Assembly: GCA_963825135.1 (NCBI GenBank) | Contig: CAWGRW010000009.1 | Location: 960,001-1,024,000, forward strand | Source: an uncultured bacterium | GTDB lineage: Bacteria; Desulfobacterota_D; UBA1144; Nemesobacterales; UBA2774 | DNA: 64,000 bases | Reading direction: 5' to 3' | Part shown: piece by piece, positions 40,468-49,547 of the stretch | How the letters are laid out: each line of letters begins with the position of its first letter | Numbering within the stretch: position 1 is the first letter of the stretch | The notes under the pieces: model-generated | Told to the model about the DNA's origin: nothing | Databases searched by the model: none | What the model saw: the letters and a program-made list of their open reading frames with translations, nothing else | Program-made: the position numbers and the translations under genes

Positions 40468-41088
40468 ATGAGAAGAGAGAACGCAAGCGCCGATACTGAG
40501 CTAGAATACAACCTTAAATTCTTTACCCAATTCATAATCAATCCCGCTAAGACGGGGGCGATCCTCCCCTCAAGCGATAAATTATGCGAATACATGACGG
40601 ACATAGCCGGGCTTAATGACGTTTCCACTGTTATAGAGCTTGGCTCGGGCACCGGAGTGATAACGGAAAAGATAATGCGGAAAAAGGCCGCCAATACGAC
40701 GTTTTTTGCATTGGAGATCAACTCGGCCTTCGTCGAGGCGACTAAAAGAAAGTGCCCTGATGCCATCGTTTACCAGTCTTCGGCTGAAAACGTGATGAAG
40801 CACCTTGAAATGCACGGAGAAAGCGGCTGCGACAGGATTATAAGCAGCCTCCCCTGGTCGATATTCAATGGAGAAACCCAGCAGCTCATTCTCGACTCAA
40901 TTTATGACGTGTTAAAGCCCGGGGGCGTATTTTTAACATACGCGTACGTGCTCGGGGTCGTAGCGCCTTCGGCGTGGAGGTTTAAAAAGAAACTCTATGC
41001 CAAATTCGACAAAGTGGAAACGAGCAGGATAGTGTGGAGTAACATCCCGCCCGCATTCATTTATATCTGCGAAAAAGCGGCCCGATAA
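40468..41088 (+). CDS. Class I SAM methyltransferase (phospholipid N-methyltransferase-like)
   Basis: GAILPSS, IELGSGTGVIT, ISSLP, NIPPAF. Confidence 0.85.
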   Translation: MRRENASADTELEYNLKFFTQFIINPAKTGAILPSSDKLCEYMTDIAGLNDVSTVIELGSGTGVITEKIMRKKAANTTFFALEINSAFVEATKRKCPDAIVYQSSAENVMKHLEMHGESGCDRIISSLPWSIFNGETQQLILDSIYDVLKPGGVFLTYAYVLGVVAPSAWRFKKKLYAKFDKVETSRIVWSNIPPAFIYICEKAAR

Positions 41089-41193
41089 TACAGGCTGCCG
41101 CCCTTGAAAACCCTCCGGATCTGACCGCATTACCCCGGCCTTTCGACCTGCCGCATAAAGTGTCTTGACATGTCCATGAAAATCAATAACAAT

Positions 41194-41334
41194 AGGTGAT
41201 GTAGCGGATTGACCTTTCTTCGATTGAATAAAGGAGGATTGGAGGGTGTCAATCTCGTCATGATGTATCCTTCCCTTGGTCAAACGTTAGTTGCTTAATA
41301 TACCGGCGCAAATCGAGTTATTTGTGCGCCTTCC
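41194..41334 (+). ncRNA. Candidate structured small RNA carrying a tandem SD-like motif
   Basis: TTGACA-17-AACAAT at 41165-41193; pairings TTGACC/GGTCAA and GATTGAC/GTCAATC; 3' hairpin GGCGCA..TGCGCC. Confidence 0.4.
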
Positions 41335-41445
41335 GCTCAGTATAAGACTCCCGAAAAACCCCTTGAAACAATCCGTCTTTTCATATTAATATTAAGAATA
41401 TATATACATTCAGCAGCCATCTTCATTCATCAAAGGAGATTAGAT

Positions 41446-42261
41446 ATGTATAGATTAGCAAAGTTCTGTTCAATTGCTTTGTTTCTTGTATCGCTGGCCC
41501 TCTCCCCTTTGGGCAGTAATTATAAAGTCCATGCGGCCGACGCGGGCAGCCTCCCCGCGCCCCAGCTCGTGACGGGCGCGTGGATGTTCATGGCGGCCTA
41601 CAAGGCCGATCCCGAAACGCTCAAAGCCCTCCTGCCTCCGGGACTAGAGCCCAACCCCGCGGGTCACGTCGTAATGAATATGTACACAGTGCCCGACGCG
41701 ACCCAGACCTCTGGATTCGGAGCCTACACGCTCACCTATCTCGCGGTCGAGCTCAAAGACCAGGACTCCTACGTTATGAATTCCGACGTGACGTATCCCG
41801 GGAGATATTTCGTTTACTATTTCAACAGCTCGCCGTCGATGCGTGAATACGTGAAAAGGATCGGCATTCCGGCGCAGGATGGCATGACGACCACCACGGT
41901 AAAAGACGGCAAGCTCACGGCGGTCCTGACCGTGGACGGACAGCCTCTCATCGAGGCGACTGCCGACGTCGGCAGCGAGCTCGGGAACTTCGGCGGGGGT
42001 CACCTGAATTACTTCGGATTGATACAGACCGAAAAAGACGGCAAGACAGTGAACCAGGTTGTTAAATATCCCATTCCATGGGTCGGGGGCACAGTCGAGA
42101 TGAAGAACCCGAAGATAACGTTCAAGGCGCCCGAGGGCCATCCGCTCAACAAAATAAAGCCGCTGGCGGAAGCCCCGGACTGGGCTGTATGGACCAAGGG
42201 CAGCTTCGTATACCCGCAGTATGTGGTCGTAAACGAATTTACATCGGACGATAAGAAATAA
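41446..42261 (+). CDS. Secreted acetoacetate-decarboxylase-fold protein
   Basis: Signal peptide; YKADPETLKALLPPGLEP typical of the ADC-like N-terminus. Confidence 0.7.
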   Translation: MYRLAKFCSIALFLVSLALSPLGSNYKVHAADAGSLPAPQLVTGAWMFMAAYKADPETLKALLPPGLEPNPAGHVVMNMYTVPDATQTSGFGAYTLTYLAVELKDQDSYVMNSDVTYPGRYFVYYFNSSPSMREYVKRIGIPAQDGMTTTTVKDGKLTAVLTVDGQPLIEATADVGSELGNFGGGHLNYFGLIQTEKDGKTVNQVVKYPIPWVGGTVEMKNPKITFKAPEGHPLNKIKPLAEAPDWAVWTKGSFVYPQYVVVNEFTSDDKK

Positions 42262-42275
42262 TTTAAACTTTCATA

Positions 42276-42301
42276 CCCGCGGCGGCCCCGTCCGCCGCGG
42301 G
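42276..42301. terminator. GC-rich hairpin between convergent genes
   Basis: CCCGCGGCGG-N6-CCGCCGCGGG. Confidence 0.7.
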
Positions 42302-42318
42302 GAGCCTTATTTGCAAAT

Positions 42319-43734
42319 TCAAGATATGTGACTACGCCGACTCCGCTTTCTTTTCCTCATAACCCCTGAAACGGCCGCGAACAGAACCAGTGACAAAATA
42401 GCCGCATTAACCCCCGCATCCCTCGGTGAAACCTCCCCGGCGAGCGCGCATCCGCCACCGTCATTGCCGTCGCTGACTACAACGCGGCAGTCGGCAAAAT
42501 ATACCTCTATGTTCCCATCGGCGTTTCCCCCTTCGATATCCGAAGCCGAAGTGAATAGTATTCTTGTACCGTCGCCGCTTATCACGGCGGCCGAGAAGCT
42601 GCCGCCGACGCTATCGGTTATCTGCGTGGTTATGTCCGTATCAGTGTCAAATAAGAACACCTCGCTATTCCCGTCGGGATTATCTCCGGTCAGATCGGCG
42701 CGCGAAGTAAATACGAGACGGCTGCCGTCAGAGCTTATGGAAGGCCCTGAGTTGGTATTCTCACCCGTACTATCCGTTACCTGTGTAAATTGCATCGTAT
42801 TAGAGTCGAACAGGAATATCTCCCGGTTATTGTCCGGGTTCCCTCCTGTAGGATCGGTATCGCTATTGAGCCCGATTCTCGCGCCGTCGGAACTTAACGC
42901 AGCGGTGGCGCTATTCAGATCATCGCCATCCGTGATTTGTGTAAACGTCATAGAGGCCACATCGAATAGAAACACCTCTAAACTTACGTCAGGGTTGGAG
43001 CCGGTTAAGTCCGAATTGGAATGAAAGCCGATAGTCGCCCCGTCGGGCGTTATGTCCGGAACGAGGCTACTCACGCCCACGGTATTGGTTAGCTGAGTGA
43101 ATGTCGTCGTACCGGCATCGTACAGAAATATCTCCCTGTTGGCGTCCGGGTTCCCTCCCGTTAAATCCGCAGAAGAGTCGAATGCGATCAGCGTGCCGTC
43201 GCTGTTCAGCACAGGAACGATATTATCTTCACCCGTAGTATCCGTTATCTGAGTGAATGTCGCCGTTCCCCTGTCGAAGAGGAATATCTCCCTGTTGCCG
43301 TCAGGGTTATCCCCGGTCAGATCGGCCTGTGAGGACAGTGCGACAAGAGTATCGCCGGCAGACATATCGAATGGAAAACTATCCAATCCCACACTGTCGG
43401 TCAGTTGTGTTATGACAAATGTACCCGTATCGATCAGATACGCTTCGAAACTGCCATCGGGATTACCTCCGTCTACATCGGAATCGGAATCGAAACCCCC
43501 CAATGTCCCGCCCGAGTTCAAAAACCATACTTCGGACTCCCCGCCAACTGTATCGGTAACCTGCGTAATGGTGCAGTCCTCTTGAGCTAAGGAATAATCT
43601 TTTGAGATGCACATGAAAAAAATAGAGATAAAGGACACTACTGCAATTCTGATTATGCTGCCGGCAGCATAATTGCTAATCTTAGGCGTGTTACATCTTG
43701 GAATACCCATAACACCCACCCCCTTTTGCCTCAT
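42319..43734 (-). CDS. Secreted 7-repeat beta-propeller (TolB/PD40-like) with C-terminal Cys-TM-basic sorting tail
   Basis: Seven ~52-aa repeats TQ(I/L/V)TD..DG..DLTGxNPDxNxEIFLFD; GGGCALAG + TM + RKRKRSRR. Confidence 0.8.
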   Translation of the reverse strand: MRQKGVGVMGIPRCNTPKISNYAAGSIIRIAVVSFISIFFMCISKDYSLAQEDCTITQVTDTVGGESEVWFLNSGGTLGGFDSDSDVDGGNPDGSFEAYLIDTGTFVITQLTDSVGLDSFPFDMSAGDTLVALSSQADLTGDNPDGNREIFLFDRGTATFTQITDTTGEDNIVPVLNSDGTLIAFDSSADLTGGNPDANREIFLYDAGTTTFTQLTNTVGVSSLVPDITPDGATIGFHSNSDLTGSNPDVSLEVFLFDVASMTFTQITDGDDLNSATAALSSDGARIGLNSDTDPTGGNPDNNREIFLFDSNTMQFTQVTDSTGENTNSGPSISSDGSRLVFTSRADLTGDNPDGNSEVFLFDTDTDITTQITDSVGGSFSAAVISGDGTRILFTSASDIEGGNADGNIEVYFADCRVVVSDGNDGGGCALAGEVSPRDAGVNAAILSLVLFAAVSGVMRKRKRSRRSHIS

Positions 43735-44169
43735 GCTTCACATAATAACCACATGATGCATAGTTTATGTTGTCATGCGTGTAATACCCCCCGCTTATAA
43801 TAAAATAATCATAGTTCGATTACAATCAGTATTTTTAAATACGCTCAAAACATTCTCACGTCCCTCCACTCCCTTAACCCGGACTCGGACTCGATCTCGC
43901 TTTCGGCTCCATCGGCCCCCACGCTGCCGACGTTAATACCCGTTCCGAAAACCAGAGCCAGCACAAACCGGGATCCGCAAAATCGATTGATTTACATAAA
44001 CCCATCGTGTATTGTATAAATAGTTTCATAAAGTGAACGGGAGGTTAGAGAATCTCCCCGATATATAAAGTGATCTCTTACATAAAATAGTAAGTAGACC
44101 ATTCTGAATTTATTCCATTCCTGATTAAACCAGAACGGACCCTACTCGTGAGCTTTAATCAGGAGCCCG

Positions 44170-45729
44170 ATGCGAAAACTCAGAATCGGTATAATCGACT
44201 TCATCACAAAATCCCCCAACCACTCTATATGGGCGCGCGTAATGCACGCCAACTTCATGGGCATAATGCCCCAGGTCATCGCCAAATGGAGCGAGGACGC
44301 GGGACACGAGGTGCAATATTTCATTTTTACGGGGCTCGAAGATCTGGCCAAGGACGCGCCTAAAGACGTGGACATGGTCTTCATAAACGCGTTCACTCAG
44401 TCCGCGATTCAGGCTTACGCGCTAAGCGCCAAGTACAGGCGCGAAGGCGTCGTCACGGTTCTGGGCGGCCCGCATGCCCGGTGCTATCCGGAAGACGCCG
44501 TAAAGTATTTCGACTACGTGATGGGTATCACGGACGAGGAGCTCTGCCGCGATGTGCTCGGGGACTGCAGGCCCAACAGGCCTGTCGGCGTGTATTTATC
44601 GGCAAAGAGCTCGCCCAAGTACCTTCCCGGAGTCAGGGAGCGCTGGAAATTTATTTCGAAGGCGCTTGAGAAAACCACGTTCCTCTTCAAGGTAGTCCCG
44701 ATGATAGGAAGCCTCGGCTGCCCTTATACGTGCAGCTTCTGCATAGATGCAAGCGAGCCCTATCAGCCGCTCGACTTCGATCTGATCAAGGACGACCTCA
44801 GATTCGCACGGACCAAGATAAAACGCCCGCTCGTCAGCTGGTACGACCCAAACTTCGGGGTCCGCTTCGACGATTACATGAACTTAATAGAAGAAGCGGT
44901 GCCCATTAACAGCATCGACTTCATCGCCGAGAGCAGTCTTTCGCTGCTTTCGGAGCCCCACCTGAAACGCCTCCAAAAGAACGGTTTCAAAGCTCTGCTC
45001 CCCGGCATAGAATCCTGGTTCGACATGGGCAACAAATCCAAGACCGGGGCAAAGCAGGGGATGGAAAAGGTGAAGGTCGTCTCGGAACACGTCAACCAGA
45101 TACTGAGCTATATTCCGTACGTGCAGACAAACTTCGTGGTCGGGCTCGACAGCGATAACGGGGCCGAATCCTTCGAGCTTACGAAAAGGTTCGTCGATCT
45201 CGCGCCGGCGGCGTTCCCCGCATATCCGCTTATCACGGCGTTCGGCAGGGCCGCGCCCTTGAACCTCGAATACCAGAGCGAGGACAGGGTTCTCGCATTC
45301 CCGTTCCATTTCCTTAACAACAGCCACGCATCGAACGTGAAGCCGAAGAACTATTCCTGGCCCGAATTCTACGACAACATCATCGGACTCGCGGAGTACT
45401 CGTACTCGTGGCGCTCGATATATAACCGCTTCACGAATACCAGGACGCGGGTACCCCGGTGGATGAACCTGATGCGCGCCGTTTCCACGGAGGGTTTCGG
45501 GAGGCTCCGGTATTACCGCAAGATAAGGAAGTTCCTCGACGAGGACGTGAAGTTCAGGGCGTTTTTCGAGGGAGAGACAAGGGAGATTCCGCAGTTCTAT
45601 ATAGATATGATTAAAAAGGACCTCGGCCCCCTCTGGGAATACCTGCCCGAAGGCGCTATCTACCACGACCCGAACGCCTACATCAAGTCCGAGATGGCGA
45701 AGAGGGAAAAGAAAGTCCAGACAGCGTGA
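44170..45729 (+). CDS. Radical SAM protein with B12-binding-like N-terminal domain
   Basis: VLGGPHA; GCPYTCSFC (CxxxCxxC). Confidence 0.88.
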   Translation: MRKLRIGIIDFITKSPNHSIWARVMHANFMGIMPQVIAKWSEDAGHEVQYFIFTGLEDLAKDAPKDVDMVFINAFTQSAIQAYALSAKYRREGVVTVLGGPHARCYPEDAVKYFDYVMGITDEELCRDVLGDCRPNRPVGVYLSAKSSPKYLPGVRERWKFISKALEKTTFLFKVVPMIGSLGCPYTCSFCIDASEPYQPLDFDLIKDDLRFARTKIKRPLVSWYDPNFGVRFDDYMNLIEEAVPINSIDFIAESSLSLLSEPHLKRLQKNGFKALLPGIESWFDMGNKSKTGAKQGMEKVKVVSEHVNQILSYIPYVQTNFVVGLDSDNGAESFELTKRFVDLAPAAFPAYPLITAFGRAAPLNLEYQSEDRVLAFPFHFLNNSHASNVKPKNYSWPEFYDNIIGLAEYSYSWRSIYNRFTNTRTRVPRWMNLMRAVSTEGFGRLRYYRKIRKFLDEDVKFRAFFEGETREIPQFYIDMIKKDLGPLWEYLPEGAIYHDPNAYIKSEMAKREKKVQTA

Positions 45730-45789
45730 GGCGAGTCTCGCCCCTACTCTTTATCGGAAGCAACTGCTATATCGATTTGTCGCGCCCCC

Positions 45790-46503
45790 TCATCCTCTAC
45801 CGCGGCCGCCTGTGGTGATACCGAGAAGCCAGGCCGGATAAGACATCGAATTTTCTACGCCGAGATCGACCCCCTCTAACCCGTCGAGGAAGGTTTCGAC
45901 AGCCCGCGTAAACGCGGCGTGCATCGCGGAATCGTCCGGGTACGCCTCAAATGCCACCGTGGAGTAGGATTTCCCGCCGACTTCGAGGTCCGTGAGCTCA
46001 AAATTAATACCGCGGTCGATGAAGGCCTTCGGATCGACCTCCTCTGTGCTTCCGTTGTATGTGTCGAGCCGAATCTTCCGAAGCGCGCGCGTCTTCCTGA
46101 CGCCCACCGTAATTAATCCTTTGTTATCCCCGTCAGTGAACAGCCGATGGTATGAGTCCGGCAATTTCGCGTAAGACCACCTGATCCAGCGCTCGACCGA
46201 TCCCTGATGACGCCCGCAAAATTCGTGCACGCCGAGCGAAGCCGAGCGTCCCTTGATCTGAAAGTTCCCTTCGCGCCACTTGATGCCCATGTCGTCCGCC
46301 CCCGGGAGGAGCAGATACACGTCAGGCTTGCCGTCGAGCCTCCCCATCCATACCGGAGGGCCGAAATCGCCCTTCCTCCGAACCGGTGCGCTCATTTTGA
46401 ACCAGTCTCGAAGTAGGGGATGAGAGTCAACCGCTCCGTCGAAAAACCACCTCACCTCGTGACTTGCGAACGGTACATTCTTCATATTCATTGCCGGGTT
46501 CAC
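45790..46503 (-). CDS. Hypothetical protein (CYTH-like)
   Basis: EVRWFF, DVYL, GIKWREG, ELT, SYPAWL. Confidence 0.65.
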   Translation of the reverse strand: MNPAMNMKNVPFASHEVRWFFDGAVDSHPLLRDWFKMSAPVRRKGDFGPPVWMGRLDGKPDVYLLLPGADDMGIKWREGNFQIKGRSASLGVHEFCGRHQGSVERWIRWSYAKLPDSYHRLFTDGDNKGLITVGVRKTRALRKIRLDTYNGSTEEVDPKAFIDRGINFELTDLEVGGKSYSTVAFEAYPDDSAMHAAFTRAVETFLDGLEGVDLGVENSMSYPAWLLGITTGGRGRG

Positions 46504-46674
46504 CCTCGCATTATTCTTTACAAGTTTTTATTGACCGATAGGGGCGCTCCGCCCGCCGGGCTTATTTCTCAAGTCAAATAACCCGGTTAGATAATAACAC
46601 GCCGATTTGATATTTGTTTATGCTGAAGTCAGGAATACCTTTAGCGGGCATACGGCAGTATTATTGATCATATA

Positions 46675-46842
46675 ATGGCTCGCTCATTTATCTGGATGGG
46701 GTTATTCGTCGGCTCGACCATAGGAGGTCTTGTTCCCGAATTATGGGGGGCGGGGATATTCTCAATTTCCGCAATCGTTTTTTCTTTTATCGGCGGAGTC
46801 GCCGGCATCTGGTTAGGTTATAAAATCGGGCAGTCCATCTGA
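46675..46842 (+). CDS. 55-aa two-helix membrane protein (absent from the ORF track)
   Basis: MARSFIWMGLFVGSTIGGLVPELWGAGIFSISAIVFSFIGGVAGIWLGYKIGQSI. Confidence 0.7.
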   Translation: MARSFIWMGLFVGSTIGGLVPELWGAGIFSISAIVFSFIGGVAGIWLGYKIGQSI

Positions 46843-46922
46843 CTTAAGCCGTGCCTCGCTCGTTTTATCCACTGAAGCTGCTAAATATTTGAACTGACGT
46901 TTAGCTCTAGCATGTTGAATTT

Positions 46923-46950
46923 ACTCGTGGAGATTCTGAGAATCTAACCC
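46923..46950 (-). repeat. Degenerate att-like copy of the tRNA-Ala 3' end
   Basis: ACTCGTGGAGATTCTGAGAATCTAACCC vs 54553-54580 ACTGGTGGAGATGACGGGAATCGAACCC, 22/28 ungapped. Confidence 0.65.
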
Positions 46951-47155
46951 TGGGCATATTCGCCAATAAGTGCCTTGTACCGCTCAAGAATTTGATCCCA
47001 ATCATAGAACAGGCCTACGGCCATTGGCCGCATCAATACCGGATTTCTCTCGTTTAACCGGATACTATATCGGGGGAAAGAGAAAATAGCTGTTGAAATC
47101 GCAGAGTTACCGGAAAAAATATTAATAAAACCATAAAGTCGAACGAGGGAGAACC

Positions 47156-48157
47156 ATGGATAATGAAAACACGGCAAGGAATGAGGGTACGGCCGCAAGA
47201 CCTGACAAGCTGGCTGCACTTCAGGACGCTATGGCCGCACGCATAATAGGACAAAAAGATTTGATCCGCAGCATGCTTGTCTGCCTGCTCTGTGACGGGC
47301 ACATGCTTATCGAGGGTATGCCCGGGCTGGCAAAGACCACGGCGGCGAAGACGTTGTCCGAAGCCCTTGAGGGCGAGTTCCATCGCATTCAATTTACCCC
47401 CGACCTGCTGCCTTCCGATCTCATCGGCACTGACATATATATACAGGAGACGGGCGAGTTTTCTTTCCGCAAGGGGCCTCTCTTCAATAACGTGATTCTG
47501 GCTGACGAGATTAACCGCGCGCCTGCCAAGGTGCAGTCCGCCCTGCTGGAAGCCATGGAAGAAAAACAGGTCACGGTTGGCCTCAAGACTTACAAGCTCC
47601 CTGATTTCTATATGGTTCTGGCCACGCAAAACCCGATTGAGCATGAAGGCACTTACAGCCTTCCGGAGGCGCAGCTTGACCGCTTCCTCATGCACGTGGT
47701 TCTCGACTATCCGAATCACGAAGAAGAACTCGAAATTCTAAGGCTCGACGAGGCGCTGGAAAAACAGAAAGGCACAATGACTGCGCCTGCCCCCGCCATT
47801 AAACAGGACGATATTTTCAAGGCCCGGAAAGAAGTGGCGGCCCTGTACATGGACGACAAGCTCAAGGACTACACCGTTTCTTTGGTAAGCGCCAGCCGCC
47901 AGCCGGAAAAATACAGCGAAAAGCTCTCTCAATGGATTCAATACGGGGCTTCGCCGCGAGCCACGCTGGGCATTGTTCACTGCGCAAAGGCGATGGCATG
48001 GCTTCAGGGCGATAGCTACGTCTTCCCGCATCATATTCAGGAGGTCGCATCCAATATCATGCGGCACCGAATTATTCCGACATTTGAGGCCGAAGCAGAA
48101 GGCGTTTCACGGGATCAAATCATTGCACACCTTCTGGAAGTCGTGGCCATACCGTAA
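47156..48157 (+). CDS. MoxR family AAA+ ATPase
   Basis: GMPGLAKT, RIQFTPDLLPSD, DEINRA, ATQNPIE, EAQLDRF. Confidence 0.95.
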   Translation: MDNENTARNEGTAARPDKLAALQDAMAARIIGQKDLIRSMLVCLLCDGHMLIEGMPGLAKTTAAKTLSEALEGEFHRIQFTPDLLPSDLIGTDIYIQETGEFSFRKGPLFNNVILADEINRAPAKVQSALLEAMEEKQVTVGLKTYKLPDFYMVLATQNPIEHEGTYSLPEAQLDRFLMHVVLDYPNHEEELEILRLDEALEKQKGTMTAPAPAIKQDDIFKARKEVAALYMDDKLKDYTVSLVSASRQPEKYSEKLSQWIQYGASPRATLGIVHCAKAMAWLQGDSYVFPHHIQEVASNIMRHRIIPTFEAEAEGVSRDQIIAHLLEVVAIP

Positions 48158-48168
48158 CGGAGACAACA

Positions 48169-49104
48169 ATGCTTTATCCTGAGTTCGAAACACTGCTGAA
48201 GCTGGGATACAGGGCGTCGAATCTGAATCTGATGTCGCAGCGCAGGGTGCGCTCTATCGTATCCGGTGACCACCGCTCCCCTTTTCGCGGGAAGGGGCTG
48301 GATTTCGAAGAAGTGCGGGATTATGCGCAGGGAGATGATGTCCGGAATATCGATTGGCGGGTAACCGCGCGCACCGGCAGGCCGCACATAAAGCTCTTTA
48401 CCGAGGAGCGCGAGCGGAGCGTTCTGATCTGCACGGATGTAAACCACACGATGCGTTTTGGAACGCGCGGGACCTTCAAATCCATACGGGCGGCAGAGGC
48501 AGCGGCGCTCTTAGGTTGGGCGGCGAGCCGGGAAAACAACCGGGTCGGGGGCTCCTTTTTCGGTAACGTGCCGGATGGCATGATGTTCCTTGACCCCGTG
48601 CGTACGCGCCGCTCGCTCTGGCGCATCCTGAAACAGCTTTGCGACCGGGGGGATTATCACAGCGATCCCGTTCAGCTGGAAGATCATTTGCGATATCTGA
48701 ATAAAGCTGTTCCGTCGGGCGGACTATTCTTCATCATCAGCGATTTCATATCGATCACGGCTAATCTGAAAAAGAGGATTAGCGATCTGCACCGTAAGGC
48801 CGACGTGGTTCTTGTTGCGGTGAACGACCCCGCAGACAAATATCTGCCGCCGGTGGGTCCCTTGATCTTCAAAGACAGGAATAATGAAACCGTAACCATT
48901 GATACATCCGATAAAAAAGGCGGTAGAGCCTATGAACGGCTCTGGGCTGAGAACCGCAAGTTGCTTGAAAATACAGTCAACTCTCTCGGGCTGGGTTATC
49001 TGTCTCTGACAACGGAGGGCGACGCTTACTTCGATCTGGCAAACGGTCTGAAGAGGCTCGGCAGTAAAGGAGGCGGCAATGGACGACCTGCTTTCGCAGC
49101 TTAA
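48169..49104 (+). CDS. DUF58 domain protein
   Basis: GKGLDFEEVRDY..GDDVRNIDWRVTAR. Confidence 0.92.
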   Translation: MLYPEFETLLKLGYRASNLNLMSQRRVRSIVSGDHRSPFRGKGLDFEEVRDYAQGDDVRNIDWRVTARTGRPHIKLFTEERERSVLICTDVNHTMRFGTRGTFKSIRAAEAAALLGWAASRENNRVGGSFFGNVPDGMMFLDPVRTRRSLWRILKQLCDRGDYHSDPVQLEDHLRYLNKAVPSGGLFFIISDFISITANLKKRISDLHRKADVVLVAVNDPADKYLPPVGPLIFKDRNNETVTIDTSDKKGGRAYERLWAENRKLLENTVNSLGLGYLSLTTEGDAYFDLANGLKRLGSKGGGNGRPAFAA

Positions 49105-49546
49105 GGACATCAGGGGAATCGACCCCGTGAGCTGGTGGCCGCCTGCGCCGGGCTGGTGGCTTGCACCCGTCGTCGTGATCATACCGGCCGTGATCTTTTT
49201 GATCCTGCGCCGCCGCAAGCTGGCTTATGAAAGGAGCTGGCGGGCTGAAATACGCAATGTGTTTTTAGAGCTGCGCCGGAATGAAAACAAGAGCTTCAAA
49301 CAACGGGCAGCCGCATTGTCGGGCTTGCTGCGCGGCCTCGCGATCAAGCGTTATGGACGCAATGCGTGCGCCGGGCTGCAAGGCAAAAACTGGCTTATAT
49401 GGCTGACGAAAAACGATCCCGGCGGTTTCAGCTGGGATAAGGAGGGCGCCCTGTTGATAGAAGCTCCCTACTTGCCGGAAGACGGGGTCCCCGAGGTTCG
49501 AAACTGGGGCGCCCTGCTGGACGCCGCGGAAAGGTGGATGAAATAA
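49079..49546 (+). CDS. DUF4381 domain protein
   Basis: LKDI..PVSWWPPAPGWW. Confidence 0.88.
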   Translation: MDDLLSQLKDIRGIDPVSWWPPAPGWWLAPVVVIIPAVIFLILRRRKLAYERSWRAEIRNVFLELRRNENKSFKQRAAALSGLLRGLAIKRYGRNACAGLQGKNWLIWLTKNDPGGFSWDKEGALLIEAPYLPEDGVPEVRNWGALLDAAERWMK

Positions 49547-49547
49547 G

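Noticed and set aside
41194..41334. 6S RNA
   Set aside because: The paired region spans only about 105 nt and lacks a clear symmetric central bubble.
46944..47060. Minus-strand peptide tail (LFYDWDQILERYKALIGEYAQG) ending in the att scar as a recombinase remnant
   Set aside because: No recombinase motif is recognisable; too short to support.
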